Source: an uncultured archaeon
Lineage (GTDB): Archaea; Asgardarchaeota; Lokiarchaeia; Sigyniarchaeales; SOKP01
Length of the DNA stretch: 35,712 bases
Assembly: GCA_964583985.1 (NCBI GenBank)
Contig: CAZOYD010000036.1
Location: 1-35,712 of the forward strand
Reading direction: 5' to 3'
Positions 7,959 to 17,418 of this stretch are shown here, piece by piece. The position numbers and the translations under genes are program-made. Under the pieces are notes generated by a model. That model had not been told where the DNA came from. It worked only from the letters and a program-made list of their open reading frames with translations, and ran no database searches. How positions within the stretch are numbered: position 1 is the stretch's first letter; each line of letters starts with the position of its first letter.

Positions 7959-9362
7959 ATGAGTATTAAACCAAATCAAAAGAAATTCTTGGCGGATCTT
8001 GACAATGCAGTAGATACTTTTATTGATAATTCAAATAGTTTTTATAATAATATCATCGCAATCACTCATAATGATGCTGACGGAATAAGTTCCTTGAAAA
8101 TTATTCAAAACCTTCTTCATAGAATGAAATTAGAACAAGATTATTTTATATATAATAGATCATCATCTTGGGCTACATATCTTAAAGGAATTCTACCCAA
8201 AAGTCATGAACGTAAAAATGCCTTCATCTTTACCGATGTTGGATCTTCATTAACAGAATTAATACCCATAATATCTTCAAGAAAAGAAGATTTTTACATT
8301 CTTGATCATCATGAAGTTGATGATAAGGTTGATCTTGAAGATTTACCGGAGAATTTATTTTTTGTTAATCCTACGATATACGGATATGATGGACTTGATC
8401 ATATCGCAGGAGCCACGCTAGCATATATGTTTGCAAAACGGATTAATCCAACCATAATTAAGCATGGATGGTTAACCGTTATTGGAATTGCTGGAGATTC
8501 GCTTAGATCTATGGATAAATTAAAATCCTTTAATAAGGATGTGTATGAAGCGATTGTTAATGAAGAAATTATCCAAGACAAGGAAGGATTGATTTTATTT
8601 GGCGCTATGAATGATAATATAAAAAATGGATTAAAGAATAGCATTCTACCCTTTGTAAAGGATTATGGAGGAGAGAATGATAATAAGATCAAATCATTAC
8701 TCAGTGAATTGGAAATAGATCCAAATAAGAAGATAGTCGATTTAAACCCTACAGAAATTAACTCAATTCTAATGAAAACTCATATATCCAAGGGAAATTA
8801 TGCAATAATTCCTCAAAAACAAGGCTTATTGCAACATGCTTTTGAACATGCTTTATTGCTCAATATCCTTTCATTTAAAAATATAAGTGCTGCTCTTTCA
8901 ATTATTCAACAGAAGTCAATAACTCGATATGCACAAGAAATTTATTTAGAATATATTACCACTCTTTCTTCGAATTTGAAAATATTATCAAATGAGCTTC
9001 CTCATATTGAAACGAAAAAAGCGATATTTATTGATGCAGGAAATGGAAAGATTCCTCCAAGTAATTGGTCAGATACAGCAAGTTTCAGTACAGTTAATGA
9101 ATTATTAAACCCTAATAAAATGTTATTTTTAGGAGGTCTCGAAAAGAAGACACAGATGATGAAGCTAAGTATTCGCTGTTCAAGGAATTTTTTAGAATCT
9201 AATGAAGGATATGGAGTTAATTCCGTCATTTCAAAAATAAAGGATAATTTTGGAGGAATGGGGGGAGGACATAAATTAGCGGGAGGTTTAAGATTATCAA
9301 TTCCTTCCTATAATAAACTAAAAGAAAATGTAGATAATCTTCTGAATAATGAATTTCATTGA
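7959..9362 (+). CDS. DHH/DHHA1 phosphoesterase, archaeal RecJ/GAN (Cdc45-related) family
   Basis: HNDADG, FTDVGS, LDHH, IGIAGD, and C-terminal KLSIR...GGGHKLAGG. Confidence 0.85.
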   Translation: MSIKPNQKKFLADLDNAVDTFIDNSNSFYNNIIAITHNDADGISSLKIIQNLLHRMKLEQDYFIYNRSSSWATYLKGILPKSHERKNAFIFTDVGSSLTELIPIISSRKEDFYILDHHEVDDKVDLEDLPENLFFVNPTIYGYDGLDHIAGATLAYMFAKRINPTIIKHGWLTVIGIAGDSLRSMDKLKSFNKDVYEAIVNEEIIQDKEGLILFGAMNDNIKNGLKNSILPFVKDYGGENDNKIKSLLSELEIDPNKKIVDLNPTEINSILMKTHISKGNYAIIPQKQGLLQHAFEHALLLNILSFKNISAALSIIQQKSITRYAQEIYLEYITTLSSNLKILSNELPHIETKKAIFIDAGNGKIPPSNWSDTASFSTVNELLNPNKMLFLGGLEKKTQMMKLSIRCSRNFLESNEGYGVNSVISKIKDNFGGMGGGHKLAGGLRLSIPSYNKLKENVDNLLNNEFH

Positions 9363-9657
9363 AATGAGATCGGAATTTGTATTTATCATAAACATACAAA
9401 TAAAACCTAATAGTAATAAACAAATCATTACAGAACCTAGTAAGAATGATGATCAAATCCTAATTTCTATTCGTTCAGAAGCTAGACAAAATAAGGCCAA
9501 TATCGAATTGCTAAATTTGATAAAAAAAAAATTAAAGGTGAGTATTCAACAACTCCAAATTATTTCAGGAAAGAAAAACCCGAATAAAAAAATAAAAGTT
9601 ACTTTTGATAAAAGCCATCAAAAAGATGAAATTTTAAATATGCTATTATTTAACTAA
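9349..9657 (+). CDS. DUF167 (UPF0235/YggU) family protein
   Basis: IKPNS...ARQNKANIELL...IISGKKNPNKKI pattern. The start may be the ATG a few codons downstream. Confidence 0.8.
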   Translation: MNFIEMRSEFVFIINIQIKPNSNKQIITEPSKNDDQILISIRSEARQNKANIELLNLIKKKLKVSIQQLQIISGKKNPNKKIKVTFDKSHQKDEILNMLLFN

Positions 9658-9666
9658 GTGGGATGG

Positions 9667-10023
9667 TTAACTACCAATTTTTTTCATTTTCCCACATTTT
9701 AAGCATGTGATAAAATGCGTCATTCCTTCATCAGCACTTCTTGTTTGACGTGTCTCAAGATGTGCTTTATCGTAACCACATCTTGGACATTTAAAATTTT
9801 TGATAGAACTCCGTAAGTTTTCTTCCTTCCAATCCATTACTTCTGTAAGATTAGTCACCTCATCCCTAATGGGATGCTTGATTCTGGTAGTTATTTTATA
9901 TGACTCTGATTTTTCTTCCAAAAAAGGTTTAGTAAAACCACATTTACATTTAAATATTTTTTGACCATTTATAGACGATGGAAACATTATTCCTCCACAT
10001 TCATCACAAAATTCCAAGTTCAT
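9667..10023 (-). CDS. tfs: Transcription factor S (TFS / RpoM / TFIIS-like)
   Basis: Two zinc ribbons (CDECG...CKCG; CPRCG...CLKCG) and the QTRSADEG acidic hairpin. Confidence 0.92.
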   Translation of the reverse strand: MNLEFCDECGGIMFPSSINGQKIFKCKCGFTKPFLEEKSESYKITTRIKHPIRDEVTNLTEVMDWKEENLRSSIKNFKCPRCGYDKAHLETRQTRSADEGMTHFITCLKCGKMKKIGS

Positions 10024-10086
10024 GCACCTTCATCTTTTTATATCAAATTTATGGGTATAACCCGAAAAAAATTTATCGTTTTTGAA

Positions 10087-11049
10087 TTAAAATCTTAAAC
10101 CAAATAGTAAAGCACAAAATATGATTCCTGCTATAATATCAGCAGTTGTCCCTGGATTCATTAGACCATTTTTAATACGCAACTTTTTATCCAATTTCAA
10201 AACAGATTTCATTCCATTCTTTGTTGCAATTCCTCCTAATTTTAAAACGCGGTCTGCAGCTTTGGATACCATTATTGCATTTATTAAACCCGACTTTCGC
10301 ATAATTAATGTATCAGTGTGATTAGATAGAACTTTTAAAAATGTATGCACAGTAGCGATATTTATATCTTTATATGTCTCATATGTGTTTAAATAATACG
10401 GTAATCCTTCATTTAAAATAATAGAAAAGTTAGTTGAATATTCCCTACTAATCAAATCATAATTCTTTGAAAGTTCAAAAATTTTTTTTAAAGTAATTTC
10501 GTCCTTTTTTATTTCATTGATCGAATTATCGTCATGTAAATCATATTTATCTATTTTACCTAAACCACCTGGATTACAAATATCAATTGCTTTATAAAGC
10601 GAAATCGTGTCGTTTATAGTAGTATCGTCTATAATTTTTTTTAATATTTCTTTAAATTTTACAAGATTAAGTAATTTTTGCTTGAAGCAAATGATGCTTG
10701 TTGCTACTAATGGTGCTAAAATAAGGATATGTCCTAACAATACATTACCACCTTGTTGCCATTGCATCATTTGATAAGATGAAGATTCAAAAAATTGCCC
10801 TAATTTGATGCATCTATAATCGGGCTCATCCTTGTCTAGATCTTCATAAATTCTCTCACAGAATAATCTGAAATTAGGTTGAATTGCGGAAATCCCCGCT
10901 AAAAAATGCTCAAATCTTGTAGATTCGAAATCCTTTGATCTATGAACATTACCCGGTTTGGGCCATCCAGAAAGTTCTAGTAAACTAGCTATATTTATAC
11001 ATCTCAATATGTCATCTAATGATTTAACAGAAATTAATCTAGAATTCAC
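10087..11049 (-). CDS. citG: CitG-family triphosphoribosyl-dephospho-CoA synthase-like protein
   Basis: LLELSGWPKPGNVHR, GGNVLLG, DTLIMRKSG, NPGTTADI. Confidence 0.88.
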   Translation of the reverse strand: MNSRLISVKSLDDILRCINIASLLELSGWPKPGNVHRSKDFESTRFEHFLAGISAIQPNFRLFCERIYEDLDKDEPDYRCIKLGQFFESSSYQMMQWQQGGNVLLGHILILAPLVATSIICFKQKLLNLVKFKEILKKIIDDTTINDTISLYKAIDICNPGGLGKIDKYDLHDDNSINEIKKDEITLKKIFELSKNYDLISREYSTNFSIILNEGLPYYLNTYETYKDINIATVHTFLKVLSNHTDTLIMRKSGLINAIMVSKAADRVLKLGGIATKNGMKSVLKLDKKLRIKNGLMNPGTTADIIAGIIFCALLFGLRF

Positions 11050-11089
11050 ATGTAAAATATAGAAATTATATTAATTAAAGTTTAAATAA

Positions 11090-11404
11090 TTAGTAATAAG
11101 ATAACTCAATTATTTTTTTCTCCAGCACCATGTATCCTATTTTATCATCAATACGGTATGAAATTGATCTAAATTTATCTTTTAATCCTTTTTGATGCAA
11201 GAATTTTTTTATTCTGAGTTTGATGGCCCGATTGGATAGATTTAAGGGTGTGGTCAGTTCTAGCTCGTTTCCTTTACGATTTACGTCTATTTGGGGAAGC
11301 ATTTCAGATAGAGATCTCATTAAATCATTTGTATATTCATCCTTCCATTTGCTGGTTGTTCCGCTAGCTTTTATATTAATAGTAACAGTTTTTGTTTCAC
11401 TCAT
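11090..11404 (-). CDS. rpl22e: Ribosomal protein eL22 (L22e) homologue
   Basis: LSNRAIKLRIKKFLHQKGLKDKFRSIS...ELSYY resembles eukaryotic eL22 (SKRYLKYLTKKYLKKxxLRDWLRVVA...YELRYF). The size also fits. Confidence 0.78.
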   Translation of the reverse strand: MSETKTVTINIKASGTTSKWKDEYTNDLMRSLSEMLPQIDVNRKGNELELTTPLNLSNRAIKLRIKKFLHQKGLKDKFRSISYRIDDKIGYMVLEKKIIELSYY

Positions 11405-11531
11405 AAAAGATCAATATAGAAAATTTATGATTCTATAAAATTTTTTTGATTTTCATTTTATTATAAGTAAGGGTAAAACATTTAAATGAAAATATTTTTA
11501 ATTCATTAATATAGACGCGAAATTAAAGGTA

Positions 11532-12818
11532 TTGAATAGTATGGTTGATTATATTAATTTACATTACGAACCAAATGAAAAGGACCTTGTGGTAATGTAT
11601 TACGTTGAAAAATCTGATGAGTGCAAAAGTTTAGAAAGCGCATCAGAAGAAATTGCAAAAGAAAGTTCCATTGGAACGTGGACTGAAATAGCTGCTTTAT
11701 CATCTGACATAGCTAATCGCTTGAAACCTTCAGTCTTTTATATAAATGAGGATAACGGAATAATCAAAATAGCATATCCAGAAGAATTATTTGAATTGAA
11801 TAATATTCCTCAAATTATGAGCGCTATTGCAGGTAATATTTTCGGAATGAAAGTAATAGAAAATTTAAGGTTAATTGATGTAATATTTCCAAAAAGCATT
11901 TTGGATGTTCATTATGGTCCTAAATATGGTATTAAGGGAATAAGAAAAATCCTTGGTATAGAAAATCGCCCTTTATTAGGAACCATTGTAAAACCAAAAG
12001 TCGGTTTAAATGAGATCGAACACGCCAGAGTTTGTAGGGATGCGTGGATGGGGGGTTTAGACCTGGTAAAAGATGATGAAAATTTGACCAACATGAAATT
12101 TAACACATTTCAAAAAAGAATTGTTGAAACTTTAAAAGTCCGGGATAAAATTGAGAATGAGACTAACGAAAAGAAGATTTACATGCCAAATATCACAGCT
12201 AAGATGGACATTATGAAGCAACGTGCCGATCATGTTATAGAAAATGGGGGAGAATACATTATGCTAGATATATTAACTGTAGGATTTTCAGCTCTACAAG
12301 AAATAAGAAGCTACCTTGATGATAAAAATGTAGTAATTCATGCTCATAGAGCAATGCACGCAGCACTTACCAGGAATAAAAAACACGGGATGACAATGCT
12401 CTTTTTAGCAAAAATTATGCGCTTAATCGGGATGGATCAACTTCATACCGGGACTATTGTAGGTAAAATGGAAGGTGGTAAACGTGAAGTCCAAGAGATT
12501 AATGAGGCAATCACCAAAAAAGAGGTTAAAGGGAATGATATTACGTTGTTAACTCAAAATTGGGGATCAATTAAACCTGTACTACCCGTAGCGTCTGGAG
12601 GATTAAGTCCTTTAAACATTCCAGATCTAATTGAGTTTCTAGGGAAAGATATGGTATTTCAATTTGGTGGCGGTTGTCACGGTCACCCCGATGGAACATT
12701 ATCTGGAGCGAAAGCCATAAGACAAGCTGTTGAAGCAACACTCGAAGGGATTAGTCTAATTGAGTATGCAAAAACACACAATGAGATAAAAAGAGCATTA
12801 AATAAATGGAAAATATGA
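11532..12818 (+). CDS. rbcL: Form III ribulose-1,5-bisphosphate carboxylase large subunit
   Basis: ESSIGTW, GTIVKPKVGL, GGLDLVKDDE, HAHRAMH, GKMEG, VASGGL, QFGGG. The catalytic residues are intact. Confidence 0.95.
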   Translation: MNSMVDYINLHYEPNEKDLVVMYYVEKSDECKSLESASEEIAKESSIGTWTEIAALSSDIANRLKPSVFYINEDNGIIKIAYPEELFELNNIPQIMSAIAGNIFGMKVIENLRLIDVIFPKSILDVHYGPKYGIKGIRKILGIENRPLLGTIVKPKVGLNEIEHARVCRDAWMGGLDLVKDDENLTNMKFNTFQKRIVETLKVRDKIENETNEKKIYMPNITAKMDIMKQRADHVIENGGEYIMLDILTVGFSALQEIRSYLDDKNVVIHAHRAMHAALTRNKKHGMTMLFLAKIMRLIGMDQLHTGTIVGKMEGGKREVQEINEAITKKEVKGNDITLLTQNWGSIKPVLPVASGGLSPLNIPDLIEFLGKDMVFQFGGGCHGHPDGTLSGAKAIRQAVEATLEGISLIEYAKTHNEIKRALNKWKI

Positions 12819-12823
12819 TCTTT

Positions 12824-13768
12824 TTAAACGACTAAATCAGGATACAGTTTTGCAAAATAATAATGTACATGACTACTTGCAAATATACCTGCTTCAGTTA
12901 TTAAGCCATCAATATATCTCCTACTTATGGTTTCAAACGCAGGATTTAAAATTGTCAAATTTTTTTGTTCATAGTCCCAAATTTCTTTAGGTTCTCTCAT
13001 TTCAATCTTTTCCAAGATTCCAAAATTAGTATCGGGATTATATTTCAATAATTGGGATGCGACATAAAATGGAACATGTTCTTCATGAGCTACTAGAGCT
13101 AAAAGGCGAGTTCCGATTTTATTGAGAACCGTACCTTCTGATGTTATAGAGTCTGCTCCCACAATTATCATATCAACTTTAAAATGATTTACAGCCCATC
13201 TCATTGCACTATCTGCTATATGAATTACTTTTATTCCTGCCGAAAGCAACTTTTTTGCCGTTTTTCTGCCTTGTAATCGAGGTTGTGTTTCTGTATTGAT
13301 GACTTTTAAATTATCTTTGCCTTGTTTTTTAGCTTCTAATAATATTGCTGATACAGCTGAACTATGGCAATGAGTCATTACGATAAAATCATCTTCACTT
13401 TCCATATCTGGTATTCTTCTTGCCCCAATTTCTGCAATTTTTCTCTTAGAAGCTTGAAACATTGATTTATATTCATTTTTTAAAGCCTCAATTATTGTTG
13501 GAATCTTCTTTACATCTAATTTATTTTTAGATTTTTCTATTTTGTTCATGATATAATTAAGTCCATTTCTCATTGCTGGCTCGGTAACTCTTGTTGCTTC
13601 CAATAATCTTTTTGCTTCTTGCAATTTTGTAATAGTATCCCCCAAATCCACACAATCAATTCTTTTAGCATATTGACTTAAAAAATGAATCGCACTTATA
13701 GCAACATTTGAGGCTCCTTGAATTTCCAAGGAACTTATTTTTTCAGCATCTTTTAATAATTGGTCCAT
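12824..13768 (-). CDS. Ribose-1,5-bisphosphate isomerase (eIF2B/IF-2B family)
   Basis: EIQGA, TRVTEPAMRN, MTHCHSS, TETQPRLQG, VGADSIT, NKIGT, NPAFE. It lies next to form III RuBisCO. Confidence 0.88.
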   Translation of the reverse strand: MDQLLKDAEKISSLEIQGASNVAISAIHFLSQYAKRIDCVDLGDTITKLQEAKRLLEATRVTEPAMRNGLNYIMNKIEKSKNKLDVKKIPTIIEALKNEYKSMFQASKRKIAEIGARRIPDMESEDDFIVMTHCHSSAVSAILLEAKKQGKDNLKVINTETQPRLQGRKTAKKLLSAGIKVIHIADSAMRWAVNHFKVDMIIVGADSITSEGTVLNKIGTRLLALVAHEEHVPFYVASQLLKYNPDTNFGILEKIEMREPKEIWDYEQKNLTILNPAFETISRRYIDGLITEAGIFASSHVHYYFAKLYPDLVV

Positions 13769-13782
13769 GATTTATTTTCACT

Positions 13783-13962
13783 TTAAATATCTCTTTCTTC
13801 ATTCTCTGTTGTGAGATCATCAGAATCTATTTCTAAATATAAAGAACCCATATAGTCACAATTTTTACATTCAAAATAATCTGGGGACAACCACCCCGAT
13901 ACATTAAATGCCGTTATTAGGGTAGGTTGTTTACATTTGGGACAAATCTTTACTTTCTTCAT
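13783..13962 (-). CDS. Small zinc-ribbon protein (59 aa; below the ORF-track cutoff)
   Basis: Read manually: MKKVKICPKCKQPTLITAFNVSGWLSPDYFECKNCDYMGSLYLEIDSDDLTTENEERDI*. It has CxxC...CxxC and ends 14 nt before the isomerase start. Confidence 0.8.
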   Translation of the reverse strand: MKKVKICPKCKQPTLITAFNVSGWLSPDYFECKNCDYMGSLYLEIDSDDLTTENEERDI

Positions 13963-14075
13963 ATTCTTCTTAATTATAAGAAATATTATTTAGTAAATTT
14001 ATTCCCTATAATAATTAAATACTAAACTAATTTAAAATAACTGTTATATGAGAATTTATTGTATTTTAGTGTGAT

Positions 14076-15905
14076 ATGAATAATCTAGAACTACAAAGAA
14101 AAAGCTTGCCAAATGAACCGGGGGTTTATACCTTCAAAAATAACAATGGTAAAATCATATATATTGGAAAAGCAAATGATCTTAGAAAAAGAGTTTCATC
14201 CTATTTTCTTAAAACATCATATAATGATCCATATTATGAAGAGAAAATTAAAGAATTGGTAAAAGAGATCCATTCAATTGAATACATCGTAACTGAAAAT
14301 GAAAAAGAAGCCTATATTTTAGAAAACATTCGAATTAAGAATTACCTCCCACGTTATAATGTATTTATGAGAGATTCTAAGTCATACCCATGGGTTGCTA
14401 TCTTTTACGGAGAAGATTTTCCAAGAATAAGAGTAATACGTAATCCTGAAAATTATTCTCAAAACACAGTATTTATTGGTCCATATACAGATAAAAAGGA
14501 GATAATAAGAATTCTTCGAGATTTACGTAAAACATTTCCCTATTGTTCATGTAAAAAGAAATTATCTAAAAGTAAAAGACCGTGTTTATATTATCAATTG
14601 AAATTATGTCCCGGTCCATGTATAAGTAAGATTACTTCTAAGGATTATCTAGAAAACATAATGGAAATAGAATTATTTCTTAAGGGAGAAAAGAACTTAT
14701 TAAAAAAACAAATTCAGAAAAAAATGGAAAAAGCTGCAGAATCTAAGAATTTTGAAACAGCTGCATTTTGGAGAGATAAATTGCAAGCAATTGAAAACTC
14801 AACCACATCTCAAAATGTAATCTTTGAAAATGAAGAAAATAAAGATATCTTGGGATATTTTTCGGATGAAGAACAAACATATTTTGCAATGACCATAATG
14901 CACATTAGAGAAGGACGTATTATGAATAAAAGTTCATTTACTATAGATTTGAGAGAAAAAGTAATCCAAAAAAATATGATATTTTCTTCTATTATGGAAC
15001 AATATTATCTATCCACAAATACCAATATTCCAATTACGATTGTTCTTCCACAATTATATGAGGGAATTGAAATATTTAGGGATGTTTTAATGAAATCAAA
15101 AAAGCAATTCCAAATTAGAGGAGCTCAAGATGAAGAATTTGGATTAATTAGAATTGCCCGGAAAAATGCCAAAGTCATTGTTGAACAAGAAATTAAAATG
15201 GAAGAAATTAAATTAGAGGATGGAAACCTCCGAATCGAATTATTGGAACAATTAAAAGAGATATTGGATCTTCCACGGACTCCTCGGATTATTGAAGGCT
15301 TTGATATATCAAATATTGAAGGTACTGATGCTACTGGTTCGATGGTTTATTTTCTTGAAGGAAAACCACATAAAAAAAATTATAGGTATTATAAGATTAG
15401 AACAAAATCGACACCCGATGATGTCGCGATGATGAAAGAAATAATAATGAGGAGATATTCTATGATTCTAGAAAATAATTTAGCATTACCAGATTTAATA
15501 TTAGTAGATGGAGGAAAAGGTCAATTAAATGCAGGTTTAACTGTTTTAAATGAATTGGGAATAGAAAATGTTCCCATAATAGGATTAGCAAAAAAAAATG
15601 AAGAAATATTTTTGTCTAATAGAAAAGAGCCCATTCTATTACCTCGAGACTCCCAAGTGCTACAATTGTTCCAACAAATAAGAGATGAAGCTCATAGATT
15701 TGCAGTAAAACTCCATAAAAAACAAAGAGAAAAAAAATTAAAAGAATCCATATTAGATCACATTAAGGGAATTGGACCTTCTACTAAGAATAAGTTATTA
15801 ATCCGTTTCGGAAGCGTAGAAGGGATTAAGAAAGCTTCTTTTGATGATGTTGCAAATCTTGTTGGACCTAACCTTGCCAATGAAATCAAGAAAGAATTCT
15901 CTTGA
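14076..15905 (+). CDS. uvrC: Excinuclease ABC subunit C
   Basis: GIY-YIG domain (PGVY...IIYIGKA..LRKRV), CLYYQLKLCPGPC, IEGFDISN, LILVDGGKGQ, IRDEAHRFA, C-terminal HhH. Confidence 0.96.
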   Translation: MNNLELQRKSLPNEPGVYTFKNNNGKIIYIGKANDLRKRVSSYFLKTSYNDPYYEEKIKELVKEIHSIEYIVTENEKEAYILENIRIKNYLPRYNVFMRDSKSYPWVAIFYGEDFPRIRVIRNPENYSQNTVFIGPYTDKKEIIRILRDLRKTFPYCSCKKKLSKSKRPCLYYQLKLCPGPCISKITSKDYLENIMEIELFLKGEKNLLKKQIQKKMEKAAESKNFETAAFWRDKLQAIENSTTSQNVIFENEENKDILGYFSDEEQTYFAMTIMHIREGRIMNKSSFTIDLREKVIQKNMIFSSIMEQYYLSTNTNIPITIVLPQLYEGIEIFRDVLMKSKKQFQIRGAQDEEFGLIRIARKNAKVIVEQEIKMEEIKLEDGNLRIELLEQLKEILDLPRTPRIIEGFDISNIEGTDATGSMVYFLEGKPHKKNYRYYKIRTKSTPDDVAMMKEIIMRRYSMILENNLALPDLILVDGGKGQLNAGLTVLNELGIENVPIIGLAKKNEEIFLSNRKEPILLPRDSQVLQLFQQIRDEAHRFAVKLHKKQREKKLKESILDHIKGIGPSTKNKLLIRFGSVEGIKKASFDDVANLVGPNLANEIKKEFS

Positions 15906-15978
15906 ACTATGTACGCTTTAACTATTTACAAGAATAAGTATTGCATCTGTTTATGAGCACTCGGTAGGGTTAAAATTT

Positions 15979-17403
15979 TTAAAAATCAGAAATTACTAAT
16001 TTTACAAGCTCCGCTGTGGTTTGGCAGTAAATTCTCGCCATTGGTGTGCTCCTTGATTCGGATATAACCCGAATAATCGGTTCAGTGTTAGAGGGATGTA
16101 TTAGGACAAACCATTCTTTAGATTTTCCAAATTTGAGATCATTATTGATTTGAGACACTTGTTCTCCTTCATTGCGTAATTCCTCATATATTCGGGAAAT
16201 CAAACGATTAACATTTAAGTTGTTTATTTTAATGTATTCTCTATGGGTATAATATTTAGGGAGTTTCGATACTAGTTTTGAGAGTTTTTCACCAGTGGTA
16301 GCTAATATTTCGATAATTTTCGCAGCAGCAAATATCCCATCTCGAGTATTATTAAATGAGGGAATTATAACTCCTCCACATGATCCTTCTCCTCCAAAAA
16401 TAAAATTCTTCTTAGAGATGTCTTCTTCTATTAACTTTCTCATTTTATCAACTAAAAATATTTCTCCTATTGAAGTTCTTATCACTCTTGCTCCATATTT
16501 CTCTGCAATAGCCTCAAACATTAATGAAGATGCAAGATTTGTGACAAATATCACATCTTCAAATCTGTTCTCTAAATTTTGAAGATAGAACTCCATGATA
16601 AGTGCTAAACCAATATCTTCAGAATAATAAATCCCTTCCTCTCCTATTATTGCTAATCTATCGGCATCACAATCATGTGCAAATCCGATATCATACTTCC
16701 CCTGCCATACTTCCATTATTAAATCATGCAAGTTATCAGCAATTGGTTCAATTCCTCGTGGGAATACGTTATCTAAATAAATTTCATCGTTAATGAGTTT
16801 AACTTCACAACCTAAATCCTTCAACAATTTAGGAGTAACCACCTTGCCAGCTCCAGCTCCTGTATCTAATACTACTCGTAGTTTACTTTTTCTCCTTTTT
16901 TTCATATTAATCTGTTTTTCTAAATCTTCTAAATATTCTGGAATAGGATTTAATAATACCACTTTCCCGACCCTCATTTTCTTTGGATGCGGGTTCAATT
17001 CAGCATGGTTCATTAATTCGCGAATATTTTTTAAATCCTCAGTATTCAAGTAATTATTTGATGAAAGAAGCTTTATCCCGTTCCATTCGGGAGGATTATG
17101 CGAACCAGTTATGATCAATCCTGCGGGGATTTTTAATTTATTTTTCATATAGATTAACACAGGAGTGGGACAGATACCGGCATTAATGACATCAAACCCT
17201 AATGATACTAAACCTTCGATTAAACCTTTCTCTATTTGCAATCCGCTTGGTCTTGTATCTCTTGCTATTATAACTTTTTTAATGTCTTTCTTTAGCCATG
17301 ATCCAAAAGCAATAGCAATTTTTTTTGCTATTTCCGTATTTAAATCTCGACCTACAATACCTCGTATTCCACTAAAGGTAAAAATCAAGTTCTTTTCTGA
17401 CAT
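15979..17403 (-). CDS. Phosphohexomutase (PGM/PMM/GlmM family)
   Basis: SGIRG, ARDTRPSG, TGSHNP phosphoserine motif, DCDADR metal loop, PSNTEP. Confidence 0.92.
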   Translation of the reverse strand: MSEKNLIFTFSGIRGIVGRDLNTEIAKKIAIAFGSWLKKDIKKVIIARDTRPSGLQIEKGLIEGLVSLGFDVINAGICPTPVLIYMKNKLKIPAGLIITGSHNPPEWNGIKLLSSNNYLNTEDLKNIRELMNHAELNPHPKKMRVGKVVLLNPIPEYLEDLEKQINMKKRRKSKLRVVLDTGAGAGKVVTPKLLKDLGCEVKLINDEIYLDNVFPRGIEPIADNLHDLIMEVWQGKYDIGFAHDCDADRLAIIGEEGIYYSEDIGLALIMEFYLQNLENRFEDVIFVTNLASSLMFEAIAEKYGARVIRTSIGEIFLVDKMRKLIEEDISKKNFIFGGEGSCGGVIIPSFNNTRDGIFAAAKIIEILATTGEKLSKLVSKLPKYYTHREYIKINNLNVNRLISRIYEELRNEGEQVSQINNDLKFGKSKEWFVLIHPSNTEPIIRVISESRSTPMARIYCQTTAELVKLVISDF

Positions 17404-17418
17404 AATATTAAAATATAT

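Noticed and set aside
14076-15905. uvrC as evidence of bacterial origin or contamination
   Set aside because: Uvr genes occur in many mesophilic archaea, and the flanking genes and composition are continuous with the archaeal context.
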